A DNA stretch of 64,000 nucleotides from an uncultured Alphaproteobacteria bacterium (GCA_947054455.1 CAMRWN010000002.1:19976-83975), one strand, 5' to 3'. Shown: positions 36,220 through 45,544, counted from the stretch's first letter. Numbers and translations are program-made. Notes: a model not told the origin generated them from the sequence alone.

Positions 36220-37791
36220 TTAACTGCGCGTCAGTGGGCGTTGCGGTTCTACATGACAACCGTTTTCGCGAAATAACTGGACTGAACGCATCCACCCTTT
36301 CAGAAATACCTTGTATTCAGGTTTTTTATCGGCCAGATTTACATAATATTGCTGCATGGTGTCCCAATATGCGTTATGCAAATCTTCTTGATAATTTTCC
36401 GCGGCGGCAATCAGTGTCTGGTCAACGGTGCCTGTTTCCGCCAGCCCCAGCGTTTTTTGCAGTTTTTTGACCCCATTGCCCGGACCCATGTTGAAATCAC
36501 CGCGCAGAACATCCCCGCGCACCGAATCCGGCAGACGGTCTATGTCGCGGGCGGTGTAAAATTTCGTGTATGTAAGGTCTTCTGCACCGGCGGGTGTCAA
36601 TTTTTTTACATCAATGTCGGGGTTATAGTTCTGTGCGAATCCATAGCATGTATATCCGCCACTGTCGGCCGGGTGGTCGCCGCATTCGCCTTCGACGCGG
36701 AATATTTGAATCATTGCTTTTTCAAATGCCGGATCCACGTTGGCATAGTCGCCGGTCGTCAAAATCTTGTTTGAAAACCAGTCGCTGGTTTCAGACGGCG
36801 TGCAGTTCCCGCCACGAGCCGTGTTGTCAAACGACTTTTTGGCTGTGGCGGCGACATCTGTTTTCTGGGTGGTGGGGGCGGCCTGTGTCCGTGTGGCAGG
36901 TTTTCTGTCGCCTATTGCAATAATTTGATTTTCCAATCCTTTGGATTGTGGGCAACGCTGCGCATCCAACGGATAGCGGTCGCAATATTGTTGCTGTGTC
37001 AATGTGGTGCTGTCTTCTGCCTGCCGGCTGCGCAGACGATTAATCTGCCTATCCAAATACTCTTCCTGTTTTTCTATATTGATAGTTTGGTAAACTTTTG
37101 CGTCTTTGAATGGTTCGTATCCCTGCGCCTTGTTCTGTGCGCGCTGTGTAAATGTATAGTCCGCCGCCGTTTCCGGAAAGTCCGCCAATGTAAGCGTCGG
37201 TTTTGACGCAGATGCATTTTCCATATCACGCAGCTGCTGCTGACGCGCTTTGATGTCGCGCTTCCAGTCTTCTTCCGCCGGCTGATACGGGTTTTGTATT
37301 TTAAACTGGGATCCACCCGCGTTTGTGTTCGGTGTTGTCGCATCAGGGAATGCCGCCCAGGCACTGGGGCCGGCGTTTGCATACTTGGATACAAAGGACG
37401 CGAATTCCGAATCGATAAATCCCGCACACGAAGATGCATAATTATGCCCCGGCATTCTGGACAGCTGGGTCATAATGGTCGGTCTGACATCCTTTAGATC
37501 CATCCCGATGCAGTTATTTTGAGCAGCGCAGAAGTTTGCGACCAATACAGATACCACCTGTATACAGTCGGCGGTGTTTAAATCCGCGCCCTGCAGATAA
37601 ACAGGCTGCGGCATTCTTTGGTTGTACGGACTGCCAGGATTCCAAAAGGGGTTCGATGAATAGTTCTGTACGTTTTGTATCTGACCATAATTAGATACTA
37701 CCCCGCCCTGGCCAACGGATGCCCCCCCGGCCCCACTGGACCAGGCCGCCATGACCGCAACAAAGATTATGCGCGCATTGTGTTTCATCAT
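36220..37791 (-). CDS. Secreted protein: unknown N-terminal module fused to a GH108-like muramidase plus PG_binding_3-like domain
   Basis: The C-terminus has VEGECGDHPADSGGYTCYG..LT..A..Y..GDFNMGPGNGVKKLQKTLG..TGTVDQTL, matching the GH108/PG_binding_3 pattern from memory. The ATG at 37791 overlaps the upstream stop (ATGA). Confidence 0.7.
   Translation of the reverse strand: MMKHNARIIFVAVMAAWSSGAGGASVGQGGVVSNYGQIQNVQNYSSNPFWNPGSPYNQRMPQPVYLQGADLNTADCIQVVSVLVANFCAAQNNCIGMDLKDVRPTIMTQLSRMPGHNYASSCAGFIDSEFASFVSKYANAGPSAWAAFPDATTPNTNAGGSQFKIQNPYQPAEEDWKRDIKARQQQLRDMENASASKPTLTLADFPETAADYTFTQRAQNKAQGYEPFKDAKVYQTINIEKQEEYLDRQINRLRSRQAEDSTTLTQQQYCDRYPLDAQRCPQSKGLENQIIAIGDRKPATRTQAAPTTQKTDVAATAKKSFDNTARGGNCTPSETSDWFSNKILTTGDYANVDPAFEKAMIQIFRVEGECGDHPADSGGYTCYGFAQNYNPDIDVKKLTPAGAEDLTYTKFYTARDIDRLPDSVRGDVLRGDFNMGPGNGVKKLQKTLGLAETGTVDQTLIAAAENYQEDLHNAYWDTMQQYYVNLADKKPEYKVFLKGWMRSVQLFRENGCHVEPQRPLTRS
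37061..37716. repeat. 656-bp direct repeat, copy 1 (inside the muramidase gene)
   Basis: Same sequence as 40640-41295 (offset 3579). ORF-track translations are identical in three frames. Confidence 0.85.
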
Positions 37792-39545
37792 TGCGCCCCC
37801 CGTCCCGTGGACCACGGCTCGTCATTCATTATCAGATAGTACAGTTCCGCGTTCGATGTCCCAGGCTCGCGGATAACGGGACGCACCACGTATATGTCCA
37901 CGTCGCACGGATATGAATTTTCCGCCGCCTGGGTTTCGGTCAGCATCATGTGGAATTTTGATGCGGTGTCCATTGCCTGCAGATACGCGGCATCGTCGTC
38001 GGCCGCACTGATTGTGTCGCCCTGCCACAGCAGCCACATTCCATAATTTACAACATTGTCCTGGCCGTCGGGCAAATCGTCCGCCGACAACAGCAGCAGC
38101 GGCTTGAATTCAATGCCGCTGGTGAATTCGCCCGTACTGGTTTCGGTATAGTCGTACATGTCGCCGGCAAATTTCAGCGCGCCGTACAACAGGCCGCCGG
38201 TCTGTTCCATACGGGCCAGTCGTGATATGTTGCGCATTGTCCAATGAAACAGCCGGTCCCGGATTTTACCGGATTTCATGCTGCTGCGTGCAATGCGGGC
38301 GCCGCGGTTCAGTGTTTTGCCACCGGTGTTTGCCGCCTTTATCGCGCGCAGGGACCGCGCCACGATATTGCCGCGCTGGGCCGCGTGTGCGGTGCGCATG
38401 CCGCGCAGCGCATGGCGGTATTCGTTTAGCTCGCGATATGTTTTTGACAGCTCGTTGTACTTTTTTATATCGTCTGTTTTCTCTAGCGTTCGCATTGCAC
38501 TGGCGGCGTTTTCCAATTCCTGCGATTTCTTTGTATATGTGGCCATATCCTTTGCTTTGTCGATTTTTTTCAGGTCTTTGGCAATGGTTTCATAGCGCTG
38601 GGTTGCACGGACATAATCACGCACGGAATCAAGACGGCTTAGCTCGCGCAGCGGGCCGGATATATTTTTCAAAGACCGCGCCGCGCGTGCGGATTTTGCC
38701 GTACCCATGACTGCGGTTCCGGCACCCATTGTCGCAACCGTTAATACAACGTCCAGCGCGATTTCAGTGTATGAAATCCAACGCAGGTCGGCGTCGCCCG
38801 CAACATAATAGTCGTTGGTGTCCCCTTCTATGTCCACGACCTGGTGCATTACACGGTTAATCATGTCGCTGTCGTTTGCAATGGCCGTTTTGCTGGTGCA
38901 TGTGAATCCCGACGGATACAGCGCGTCGATATTGTCTTCGATATATGCGGTGGAAATGGTGTTGTTTTTCCCCGGACCGACAAATTGCGACAGCGCGCCC
39001 GCCTGGGTTACCATTATCGCATACCATGCCGGGTCCGTGTTTGTCCATATGGATTGGTCATCCGGGCCACCGATGCGCGGACTGGGGGTGCCAGGCGCGG
39101 TTGGTTTATTCGCCAGCATCAAGCGCTGCTTTAGTATTTTGGGCTGCGTTTCATAATTTATTACAATCTGGCGGCCGGCCGGAAACGTGTATTCTATCGG
39201 CAGAAACTTTATGGATTCATCGTCGGCAACACCGGAAATTTCGGGACATGCCAGAACGTCGCGCAAAACGTCGCCGCGCGCAAACGTTTGGTATATCCAT
39301 TGTTGAACCTCGGTCTCGTGCGCGGATTCGTCGGGTCTGGTGTCTGTGGATTGGGCCAATGCGCGCGCAAACACGGCCGTTGCGCACTGCGTGTCGTCCG
39401 CATCGCGGTACAGCAGTTCATCCACCGATACAAAACCCGGCGTGTCAATAATCGGATCGGCAATCATGTCCAGCCCGGAATCCGCCGCCCCCACCGTCGG
39501 AATAGCCACAAACAATGATAGCAAAATGACGCATATATGCCGCAT
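37788..39545 (-). CDS. Secreted protein, unknown function
   Basis: 585 aa with signal peptide MRHICVILLSLFVAIPTVGAA and a central K/R-rich helical region. Confidence 0.65.
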   Translation of the reverse strand: MRHICVILLSLFVAIPTVGAADSGLDMIADPIIDTPGFVSVDELLYRDADDTQCATAVFARALAQSTDTRPDESAHETEVQQWIYQTFARGDVLRDVLACPEISGVADDESIKFLPIEYTFPAGRQIVINYETQPKILKQRLMLANKPTAPGTPSPRIGGPDDQSIWTNTDPAWYAIMVTQAGALSQFVGPGKNNTISTAYIEDNIDALYPSGFTCTSKTAIANDSDMINRVMHQVVDIEGDTNDYYVAGDADLRWISYTEIALDVVLTVATMGAGTAVMGTAKSARAARSLKNISGPLRELSRLDSVRDYVRATQRYETIAKDLKKIDKAKDMATYTKKSQELENAASAMRTLEKTDDIKKYNELSKTYRELNEYRHALRGMRTAHAAQRGNIVARSLRAIKAANTGGKTLNRGARIARSSMKSGKIRDRLFHWTMRNISRLARMEQTGGLLYGALKFAGDMYDYTETSTGEFTSGIEFKPLLLLSADDLPDGQDNVVNYGMWLLWQGDTISAADDDAAYLQAMDTASKFHMMLTETQAAENSYPCDVDIYVVRPVIREPGTSNAELYYLIMNDEPWSTGRGAQ

Positions 39546-39561
39546 GTCCCGTTTACAACCG

Positions 39562-40461
39562 TCAGTTTATATTATAAGGCCCCGCCATGATTTTTACCTG
39601 TTGAATGTCTTCAATTTGTGTCGGTATCATTGTGAGGAATCCCAGTGCGCCTGCGACTGCGTAGGAAAATGTCGCGACTTTGTCTTTATTTTCTGAATAC
39701 CAGCTGCGCGCCGATGCAGGCCCCAGTTCAACCAGGTACACGGCCAGCGATTGGTTTGCGCAATATGAATTTTGCAGTGCCTCGGCAAACTGTTCCGCCA
39801 CTTGCTTGCCGGTAATGAAATTTGTATATGATACGATATATTCATTAGAGGATCTGGTTTTGTCCATCAAAACCAAACCAGGAAACGCGCGGCGATTGTT
39901 TCCTTCTTCAAAATCCAGAAAAAATTCGTTGTCGCCGCCGCCGTATTGTGAAAACACACGCTGACCGGCGACATTTATGGCCGCATTGTTATTAAGGCCG
40001 TCCCATATTGCGTGATCAGAGCATTCGTTCGACCAATACAGTTTTGGAATATCCGATAATTTGATGACGTCAGGATAGCTTTTTGTGCGTTTGTTATATA
40101 CCATTATACCCAGTCGCATATCAAGGTATTCAAACATTTCAGGGATGGAAAAATTAAACGCATAGTTTTGTCCGTCGTGAACAAACAGCAGGTTGGCCCG
40201 TTGTGTTTCTGCTATCTCTGGCAGTTCGGCTTGGCAGCTTTGCAGTACGTTTTTTGCAATCAGCGCCAATATTTTGGATTTGTTTTTTTGGGCGATTTCT
40301 TCGTTCAGCTGGGTCGACGAATTAAATATTTCTGAATACAGCGTGTTCTCGACCGACTGCGAAATTTTTTCCATACATTCGTCCAGTGGGGTGCATGTGG
40401 CCGCGCGTGTGAAAATTGACAGGGCCATAACCAGCAAAGATGTTTTTTTTGCGATTTTCAT
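39562..40461 (-). CDS. Secreted protein/lipoprotein candidate, unknown function
   Basis: 299 aa with an N-terminal signal sequence (MKIAKKTSLLVMALSIFTRAATC). Lies 16 nt upstream of the next gene. Confidence 0.65.
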   Translation of the reverse strand: MKIAKKTSLLVMALSIFTRAATCTPLDECMEKISQSVENTLYSEIFNSSTQLNEEIAQKNKSKILALIAKNVLQSCQAELPEIAETQRANLLFVHDGQNYAFNFSIPEMFEYLDMRLGIMVYNKRTKSYPDVIKLSDIPKLYWSNECSDHAIWDGLNNNAAINVAGQRVFSQYGGGDNEFFLDFEEGNNRRAFPGLVLMDKTRSSNEYIVSYTNFITGKQVAEQFAEALQNSYCANQSLAVYLVELGPASARSWYSENKDKVATFSYAVAGALGFLTMIPTQIEDIQQVKIMAGPYNIN

Positions 40462-40473
40462 TCCCCACTCCGT

Positions 40474-41415
40474 TTATAATGTTATTATGATTGTATCTGC
40501 GGGCAGTTCCGTTGTCGTATCTGTGTCCGTTTTCGTTGGATTGGTCGCGTCGTATTTTCCTTCTTTCTTTTGGACGCTCTTTTTTGTATTCCCCACCGAC
40601 GTGCTTTTTCTTTCCCTGTCATCGCGACGTGCGTCGTAGTCTTCCTGTTTTTCTATATTGATAGTTTGGTAAACTTTTGCGTCTTTGAATGGTTCGTATC
40701 CCTGCGCCTTGTTCTGTGCGCGCTGTGTAAATGTATAGTCCGCCGCCGTTTCCGGAAAGTCCGCCAATGTAAGCGTCGGTTTTGACGCAGATGCATTTTC
40801 CATATCACGCAGCTGCTGCTGACGCGCTTTGATGTCGCGCTTCCAGTCTTCTTCCGCCGGCTGATACGGGTTTTGTATTTTAAACTGGGATCCACCCGCG
40901 TTTGTGTTCGGTGTTGTCGCATCAGGGAATGCCGCCCAGGCACTGGGGCCGGCGTTTGCATACTTGGATACAAAGGACGCGAATTCCGAATCGATAAATC
41001 CCGCACACGAAGATGCATAATTATGCCCCGGCATTCTGGACAGCTGGGTCATAATGGTCGGTCTGACATCCTTTAGATCCATCCCGATGCAGTTATTTTG
41101 AGCAGCGCAGAAGTTTGCGACCAATACAGATACCACCTGTATACAGTCGGCGGTGTTTAAATCCGCGCCCTGCAGATAAACAGGCTGCGGCATTCTTTGG
41201 TTGTACGGACTGCCAGGATTCCAAAAGGGGTTCGATGAATAGTTCTGTACGTTTTGTATCTGACCATAATTAGATACTACCCCGCCCTGGCCAACACTGG
41301 CGGAATATGCAGCATCGGGCGCCTGCGCCAATAAAAAAATTCCAGCGAAAATAAAGCGAATTTTCACCCTCTGCTTCCCTTTGTTATATAGATTATAACA
41401 AAAAGGACATTGCAA
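40474..41415 (-). CDS. Secreted protein sharing the N-terminal module of the muramidase gene, with a K/T/D-rich tail
   Basis: Residues SVGQGGVV..INIEKQE are identical to the 36220-37791 product. The start is uncertain; a GTG at 41367 would give signal peptide VKIRFIFAGIFLLAQA. Confidence 0.65.
   Translation of the reverse strand: MQCPFCYNLYNKGKQRVKIRFIFAGIFLLAQAPDAAYSASVGQGGVVSNYGQIQNVQNYSSNPFWNPGSPYNQRMPQPVYLQGADLNTADCIQVVSVLVANFCAAQNNCIGMDLKDVRPTIMTQLSRMPGHNYASSCAGFIDSEFASFVSKYANAGPSAWAAFPDATTPNTNAGGSQFKIQNPYQPAEEDWKRDIKARQQQLRDMENASASKPTLTLADFPETAADYTFTQRAQNKAQGYEPFKDAKVYQTINIEKQEDYDARRDDRERKSTSVGNTKKSVQKKEGKYDATNPTKTDTDTTTELPADTIIITL
40640..41295. repeat. 656-bp direct repeat, copy 2
   Basis: Same sequence as 37061-37716. 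Confidence 0.85.
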
Positions 41416-41866
41416 GCAAAGTCAAAAGTGCGCCACCCAGAAAGAACGGTGCGAACGGTATGAAATTCTGTTTTTTGACCCGCGCCCATATCGCACCTGA
41501 TATGCACGCCATGACCAGTGCCGCCGCCAGACCCGTCGGCCCCATCCATACGCCGCCCACCCCCAGCAGCTTTATGTCGCCCATGCCGATTGGTGTCGGT
41601 GCGTTCGGATTTTTACGCCGCATTGAATAGTCGAATGCAAATCCAGTTATCGCGCCAATGGCATACCCGAACGCTGCGCCAATCGCCGCACCGCGCGCGT
41701 CGCACACCCAGTTCGGAACGAATGCCGCCGCCAGCATTCCCGCCAGCATCAGCGGAAACAAATATGCGTCTGGAATTATGCGGCGTCGAAAATCAGCGAC
41801 GGAAATACGCCACGCACACCACAATGACCCCGCCAACAGAGCAATAAAAAAGATGTAATCAATCAT
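41393..41866 (-). CDS. A24-family prepilin peptidase (CpaA-like)
   Basis: 157-aa polytopic protein with the two Asp motifs (SVADFRRRIIPD and GMGDIKLL). Confidence 0.75.
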   Translation of the reverse strand: MIDYIFFIALLAGSLWCAWRISVADFRRRIIPDAYLFPLMLAGMLAAAFVPNWVCDARGAAIGAAFGYAIGAITGFAFDYSMRRKNPNAPTPIGMGDIKLLGVGGVWMGPTGLAAALVMACISGAIWARVKKQNFIPFAPFFLGGALLTLLAMSFLL

Positions 41867-41942
41867 ATTTTTCTCCCTTGCCTTTCGAATCGGAACTATG
41901 ATACACTTATAGCATCATAAAGTGTAATAAGGATTTTGTAAA

Positions 41943-42542
41943 ATGAGCAAGGGTTGGGACAACGCCACACTGAAAAAACTGAAGGCTCTGACGGGCAAGG
42001 GATTATCAACATCTGAAATTGGAAAGCGTCTTGGGATGTCCAAGAACGCTGTGGTAGGCAAATTAAACCGGCTGGGCTGGAATCTAAAGGCCGGCGGTGG
42101 TGCGGCCGCCGCGGAAAAGCCGGCGGCGCCGGCCAAAAAGGCCAAGACGACCGCTGTTAAAAAGGCGCCGGTTGCGGAAAAAGCAAAAGCCGCGGTGAAA
42201 AAGCCTGCCGCTGAGAAAAGCGTGCCAGCCAAAAAGGCGCCGGCCGCCAAGACGGTCGCAAAAAAGAAGGCCGAGACACCCAAAGCCGCGGCGCCGGCCG
42301 CGCCCAAGGCGGCAGCAACGCGGGGGGGCAAATCCCTGAACAAGAGTCTGGCGATGCATCAGCGTATAATCCAGCACTCTTTGGAGATGGCCAATCTGAA
42401 GCCTAATCAGTGCCGCTGGCCGATTGGCGACCCGGATTCGGAAAATTTCCATTTCTGCGGCGATACCGTTTTCGTCGGCAAGCCGTATTGTTATGAACAC
42501 TGCAAACAGGCATATCAGTTCGCGCCGCCGAAAAAGAAATAA
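41943..42542 (+). CDS. gcrA: Cell-cycle regulator GcrA
   Basis: MSKGWDNATLKKLKALTGKGLSTSEIGKRLGMSKNAVVGKLNRLGW N-terminus, and C-terminal CRWPIGDP..FCG..PYC. Confidence 0.88.
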   Translation: MSKGWDNATLKKLKALTGKGLSTSEIGKRLGMSKNAVVGKLNRLGWNLKAGGGAAAAEKPAAPAKKAKTTAVKKAPVAEKAKAAVKKPAAEKSVPAKKAPAAKTVAKKKAETPKAAAPAAPKAAATRGGKSLNKSLAMHQRIIQHSLEMANLKPNQCRWPIGDPDSENFHFCGDTVFVGKPYCYEHCKQAYQFAPPKKK

Positions 42543-42567
42543 GACCGGTGCGCGGGGGGATAAAACA

Positions 42568-44649
42568 ATGACACAGAGAGAGAATGATTTGTCGGTACTG
42601 ACGGCGGCGGAATATGACATCGCCGGCAATAAAATACGCGCATATTATGATGCACGTCGTAAATTGGTTTTCGTCATTGATGAAACAATCAGCGATATAA
42701 AGCCAAACGTGTTGCTGGTTATTAATTCCGTTGGCGACCGCAAGTGGGATGACGTGCTGGCGAACGACTATGGCATTGATTTGGAGACGGTGCGCCCCAA
42801 AAAAGACAACAAATATCAAAAGCTGGATATCGAATACGATGGTCTGGATGTTTATGCAGACTTGATTGGTGCATTTGATGCGGGCGCGTCCATGACGGAT
42901 GTGTTGCGCCGTCTGGACGTGTTTCGCGACACGTCGTCGCGCCGCGCCGCAACCGAAAGATTTTCCGCGGCTGAAATCACCGCCGCCAATGCGCGTGATA
43001 CGATTTCAAAGACAAACGAAACAATTGGCGAACTGCAGACGCGTCTGCGCCAACTGCGTTCCAAACTTGGCGCGCAGAAAAAGGAAATCGGCCGCGAACC
43101 CACCAAGCAGTCCGCGTCAAAAATCCTGCGAACCGAAGCGCACATTGATACGACAAATGAAAAGCTGGCACGGGCAAAAAAACGTCTGGCCAGTGCGCAA
43201 AAGCGCCTGGTCGCCGCCGAAGAGGATGCAGAAATCGCACGTGAAATTTTGGCGCGCGCGCCGTTGCAGTCATCTGCTGCTGCGCAGCCCATGGCGGCCC
43301 TGCCCGCGGCACCTGCATTTAGGGAAATAACTTTTGCGGGCCCATCGTCCGATGATTTGCCGGCGGTTGTTCCAAACGATATTGATGTCGGCATCCCCGC
43401 GGACGCAAATAATAATTCAACAACACAAACCGAAGAAACAAAGGCGGAAATTATGGCCGATGAAGAAGTAAAACCATTATTTGACAAAGACCCGGAAATT
43501 TTGGACGAAGAAATTGCGTTCAAACCGATTGATTTCGGCAATATACCGGCGCCTGCCCCGCGTCAGCCACTGCAGGAAACCGCAATGGATATCAGTTCCG
43601 ATACGATTGCGCCGGCCCCGTTGTCTTTTGTGCCACCGGTTCAGGAATATGATGCCGTCAATGAATCCGCGCCGCGTGATGCGTCGCCGGTTCTGGATGC
43701 CATTACATCAGTTAATGTTCCGTCAGAATCCGAAACGATAATCACCGAACGCATTATCCCCCAGCCCGTGGTTGAGCCGCAACCCGAACCGGTCAGCAAT
43801 CCTGCGCCTGCGCCGATGAAAGACATTGTGCCGGCGCCCGCGCATTCTGAAATGCGCCCTGTTTCGCCGATTGCCGGACGTGCCGGGGATTCGAACGGCG
43901 GCGCGCAGAAAAAGCCGGCGTTGCTGTATTATATAATGTTGATAGCGTTGATTTTGATGTCCATCTTTACACTGTGGATTTATCAGAAATCAACAGGCGA
44001 CACGGTTCCGGAATTGTCCGCACCGACGGCAGTTGCCGATTTGACGCAGACCGCCCCGACCGCGCCCCGCGACGTCGATGCAAATCCTTTTATCATTACG
44101 GAAACAGTTTCTGAAGCATCTGCGCCCGTACCGACTGATGATGCCGAACCCGTTGCGGAACCGGTTGTTGAACAAGTTGTTCCGATTGCCCCTGTCCAGG
44201 ATACGGCGCCCGTCGCGGATGTGCCTGTCGATATCCCACAGCCGCAGCCCATGATGCCGGCGCCGGTTGATATCCCCGAACCTGCCGAGGTTGTACCGCA
44301 ACCGATACCGGTGGTCGAAGCACAGCCTGAACCTGTTATCCAGCCGGTGCCGGTATCGACGCCCCAACCTGTGTCGCAGCCGGAAAAAACGATTCCCACC
44401 GAAGAGGAAATTATCGCCAGCAAGCCCGGCTATAACGTGTCGCAGCAAGAAAAGATGTTTGTTGCCGACAACGGGTATGAAACGGATGTGAAATATGTTG
44501 ATGATACTTTGGTTGAAAACAATGTGGAAACATGTTCGGACGGCAAGGCGCCCGATATGTACGGATGTTGTTCCGGCGAAGAATATACCGACATCGGGGA
44601 CGGATATGCCTGTTGCGCAGGTGATGAATGTTTCCCGCCGTTGTTTTGA
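42568..44649 (+). CDS. Bitopic membrane protein: coiled-coil N-terminus, TM, Pro-rich region, Cys-rich C-terminus
   Basis: Start set at ATG 42568 (GGGGGGA SD). TM is ALLYYIMLIALILMSIFTLWIY. The C-terminus is CSDGKAPDMYGCCSGEEYTDIGDGYACCAGDEC. Confidence 0.65.
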   Translation: MTQRENDLSVLTAAEYDIAGNKIRAYYDARRKLVFVIDETISDIKPNVLLVINSVGDRKWDDVLANDYGIDLETVRPKKDNKYQKLDIEYDGLDVYADLIGAFDAGASMTDVLRRLDVFRDTSSRRAATERFSAAEITAANARDTISKTNETIGELQTRLRQLRSKLGAQKKEIGREPTKQSASKILRTEAHIDTTNEKLARAKKRLASAQKRLVAAEEDAEIAREILARAPLQSSAAAQPMAALPAAPAFREITFAGPSSDDLPAVVPNDIDVGIPADANNNSTTQTEETKAEIMADEEVKPLFDKDPEILDEEIAFKPIDFGNIPAPAPRQPLQETAMDISSDTIAPAPLSFVPPVQEYDAVNESAPRDASPVLDAITSVNVPSESETIITERIIPQPVVEPQPEPVSNPAPAPMKDIVPAPAHSEMRPVSPIAGRAGDSNGGAQKKPALLYYIMLIALILMSIFTLWIYQKSTGDTVPELSAPTAVADLTQTAPTAPRDVDANPFIITETVSEASAPVPTDDAEPVAEPVVEQVVPIAPVQDTAPVADVPVDIPQPQPMMPAPVDIPEPAEVVPQPIPVVEAQPEPVIQPVPVSTPQPVSQPEKTIPTEEEIIASKPGYNVSQQEKMFVADNGYETDVKYVDDTLVENNVETCSDGKAPDMYGCCSGEEYTDIGDGYACCAGDECFPPLF

Positions 44650-44654
44650 AAATG

Positions 44655-44686
44655 AAAAAATCCCCCGATGCGGGGGATTTTTTTTA
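44655..44686. terminator. Bidirectional terminator
   Basis: aaaaaatcccccg-atg-cgggggattttttt. Confidence 0.75.
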
Positions 44687-44699
44687 TTCGTTTTTGGTT

Positions 44700-45077
44700 T
44701 TATATTTTTTCAATAACCACGATTGCAGCCGAATAATCGTCTTGGTCCGTGATGGACAGATGAACGCGCGCATCTTCCCCTGCCAGTTCTTTCAGTGCCG
44801 CACGTGCGCCGCCCGCAATCAGTAATTCGGGGCGACCGACCTCGTTATGAATGACCGACACGTCGGAAAACGCGATATCTTCGCCGAATCCGGTCCCCAG
44901 CGCCTTCAGGCACGCCTCGCGCGCGGCCCAGAAATTTGCCAGATGCTTTTCAACATTCGCATTGTCGTTGTCGGCATGCTCCAGCTCTTTTTTTGTAAAT
45001 ATACGCTGTTTTTTAAACGCGGACCAGTCCAAAAAGCGCCCGCATTCAACCAAATCAATTCCAATACCAACTATCAT
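44700..45077 (-). CDS. acpS: Holo-[acyl-carrier-protein] synthase
   Basis: 125 aa starting MIVGIGIDLVE, with FWAAREACLKALG. Confidence 0.88.
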   Translation of the reverse strand: MIVGIGIDLVECGRFLDWSAFKKQRIFTKKELEHADNDNANVEKHLANFWAAREACLKALGTGFGEDIAFSDVSVIHNEVGRPELLIAGGARAALKELAGEDARVHLSITDQDDYSAAIVVIEKI

Positions 45078-45171
45078 GGATAGACTCCCCTGCTTGGTTT
45101 AACATGATATGCGAATACTATTAACTTTTTCCCGATTCGTGCAAGCGGAAAATATGGTGGGATTTGGATAA

Positions 45172-45197
45172 TAAAAAACACCGGACGCATCCGGTGT
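45172..45197 (-). terminator. Terminator after the small Cys-rich peptide gene
   Basis: acaccgga/tccggtgt stem with a U-run on the minus strand. Confidence 0.7.
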
Positions 45198-45206
45198 TCA
45201 GCGCGA

Positions 45207-45314
45207 TTATTTGTCGCATGTTTTTTTATCGCAGCCCGGTTTTTTGTCGCATTTTTTTTCCGACAGGTTGTTGCAGTTTTTGCAGTTGCATTCTTTCTGG
45301 TTTGTTTTGGTCAT
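45207..45314 (-). CDS. 35-aa Cys/Lys-rich peptide (metallothionein-like composition)
   Basis: MTKTNQKECNCKNCNNLSEKKCDKKPGCDKKTCDK has 7 Cys. The ORF ends 10 nt before a strong terminator. Below the ORF-track cutoff, with only a weak SD. Confidence 0.5.
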   Translation of the reverse strand: MTKTNQKECNCKNCNNLSEKKCDKKPGCDKKTCDK

Positions 45315-45467
45315 TTTTTTAGCCTTTTGAGTTTGATTGTTTTACTTGGTCCGGACGTTTTGTATTGTACCGCACGGGCAGTTTTCAAACAATATGCATC
45401 TTTGCCTGTGGACATGATAAAAAAAGATTGAGTTTTATATATTTTTCAGTTATATTATGTCGGTTGT

Positions 45468-45544
45468 CGGGGCGTAGCTCAGCCTGGTAGAGTACTTGCA
45501 TGGGGTGCAAGGGGTCGCAGGTTCGATTCCTGTCGCCCCGACCA
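45468..45544 (+). tRNA. tRNA-Pro (anticodon GGG)
   Basis: Acceptor cggggcg/cgccccg, anticodon loop atGGGgt, T-loop ttcgatt, encoded CCA. Confidence 0.9.

Noticed and set aside
41915-42343. 142-aa Ala-rich minus-strand ORF.
   Set aside because: It is antisense to gcrA, mirroring its Ala/Lys-rich linker.
42424-42567. N-terminal 48 codons of the 741-aa ORF overlapping gcrA.
   Set aside because: This is an out-of-frame overlap with a well-supported gene. An internal ATG at 42568 with a strong SD gives a sensible start.
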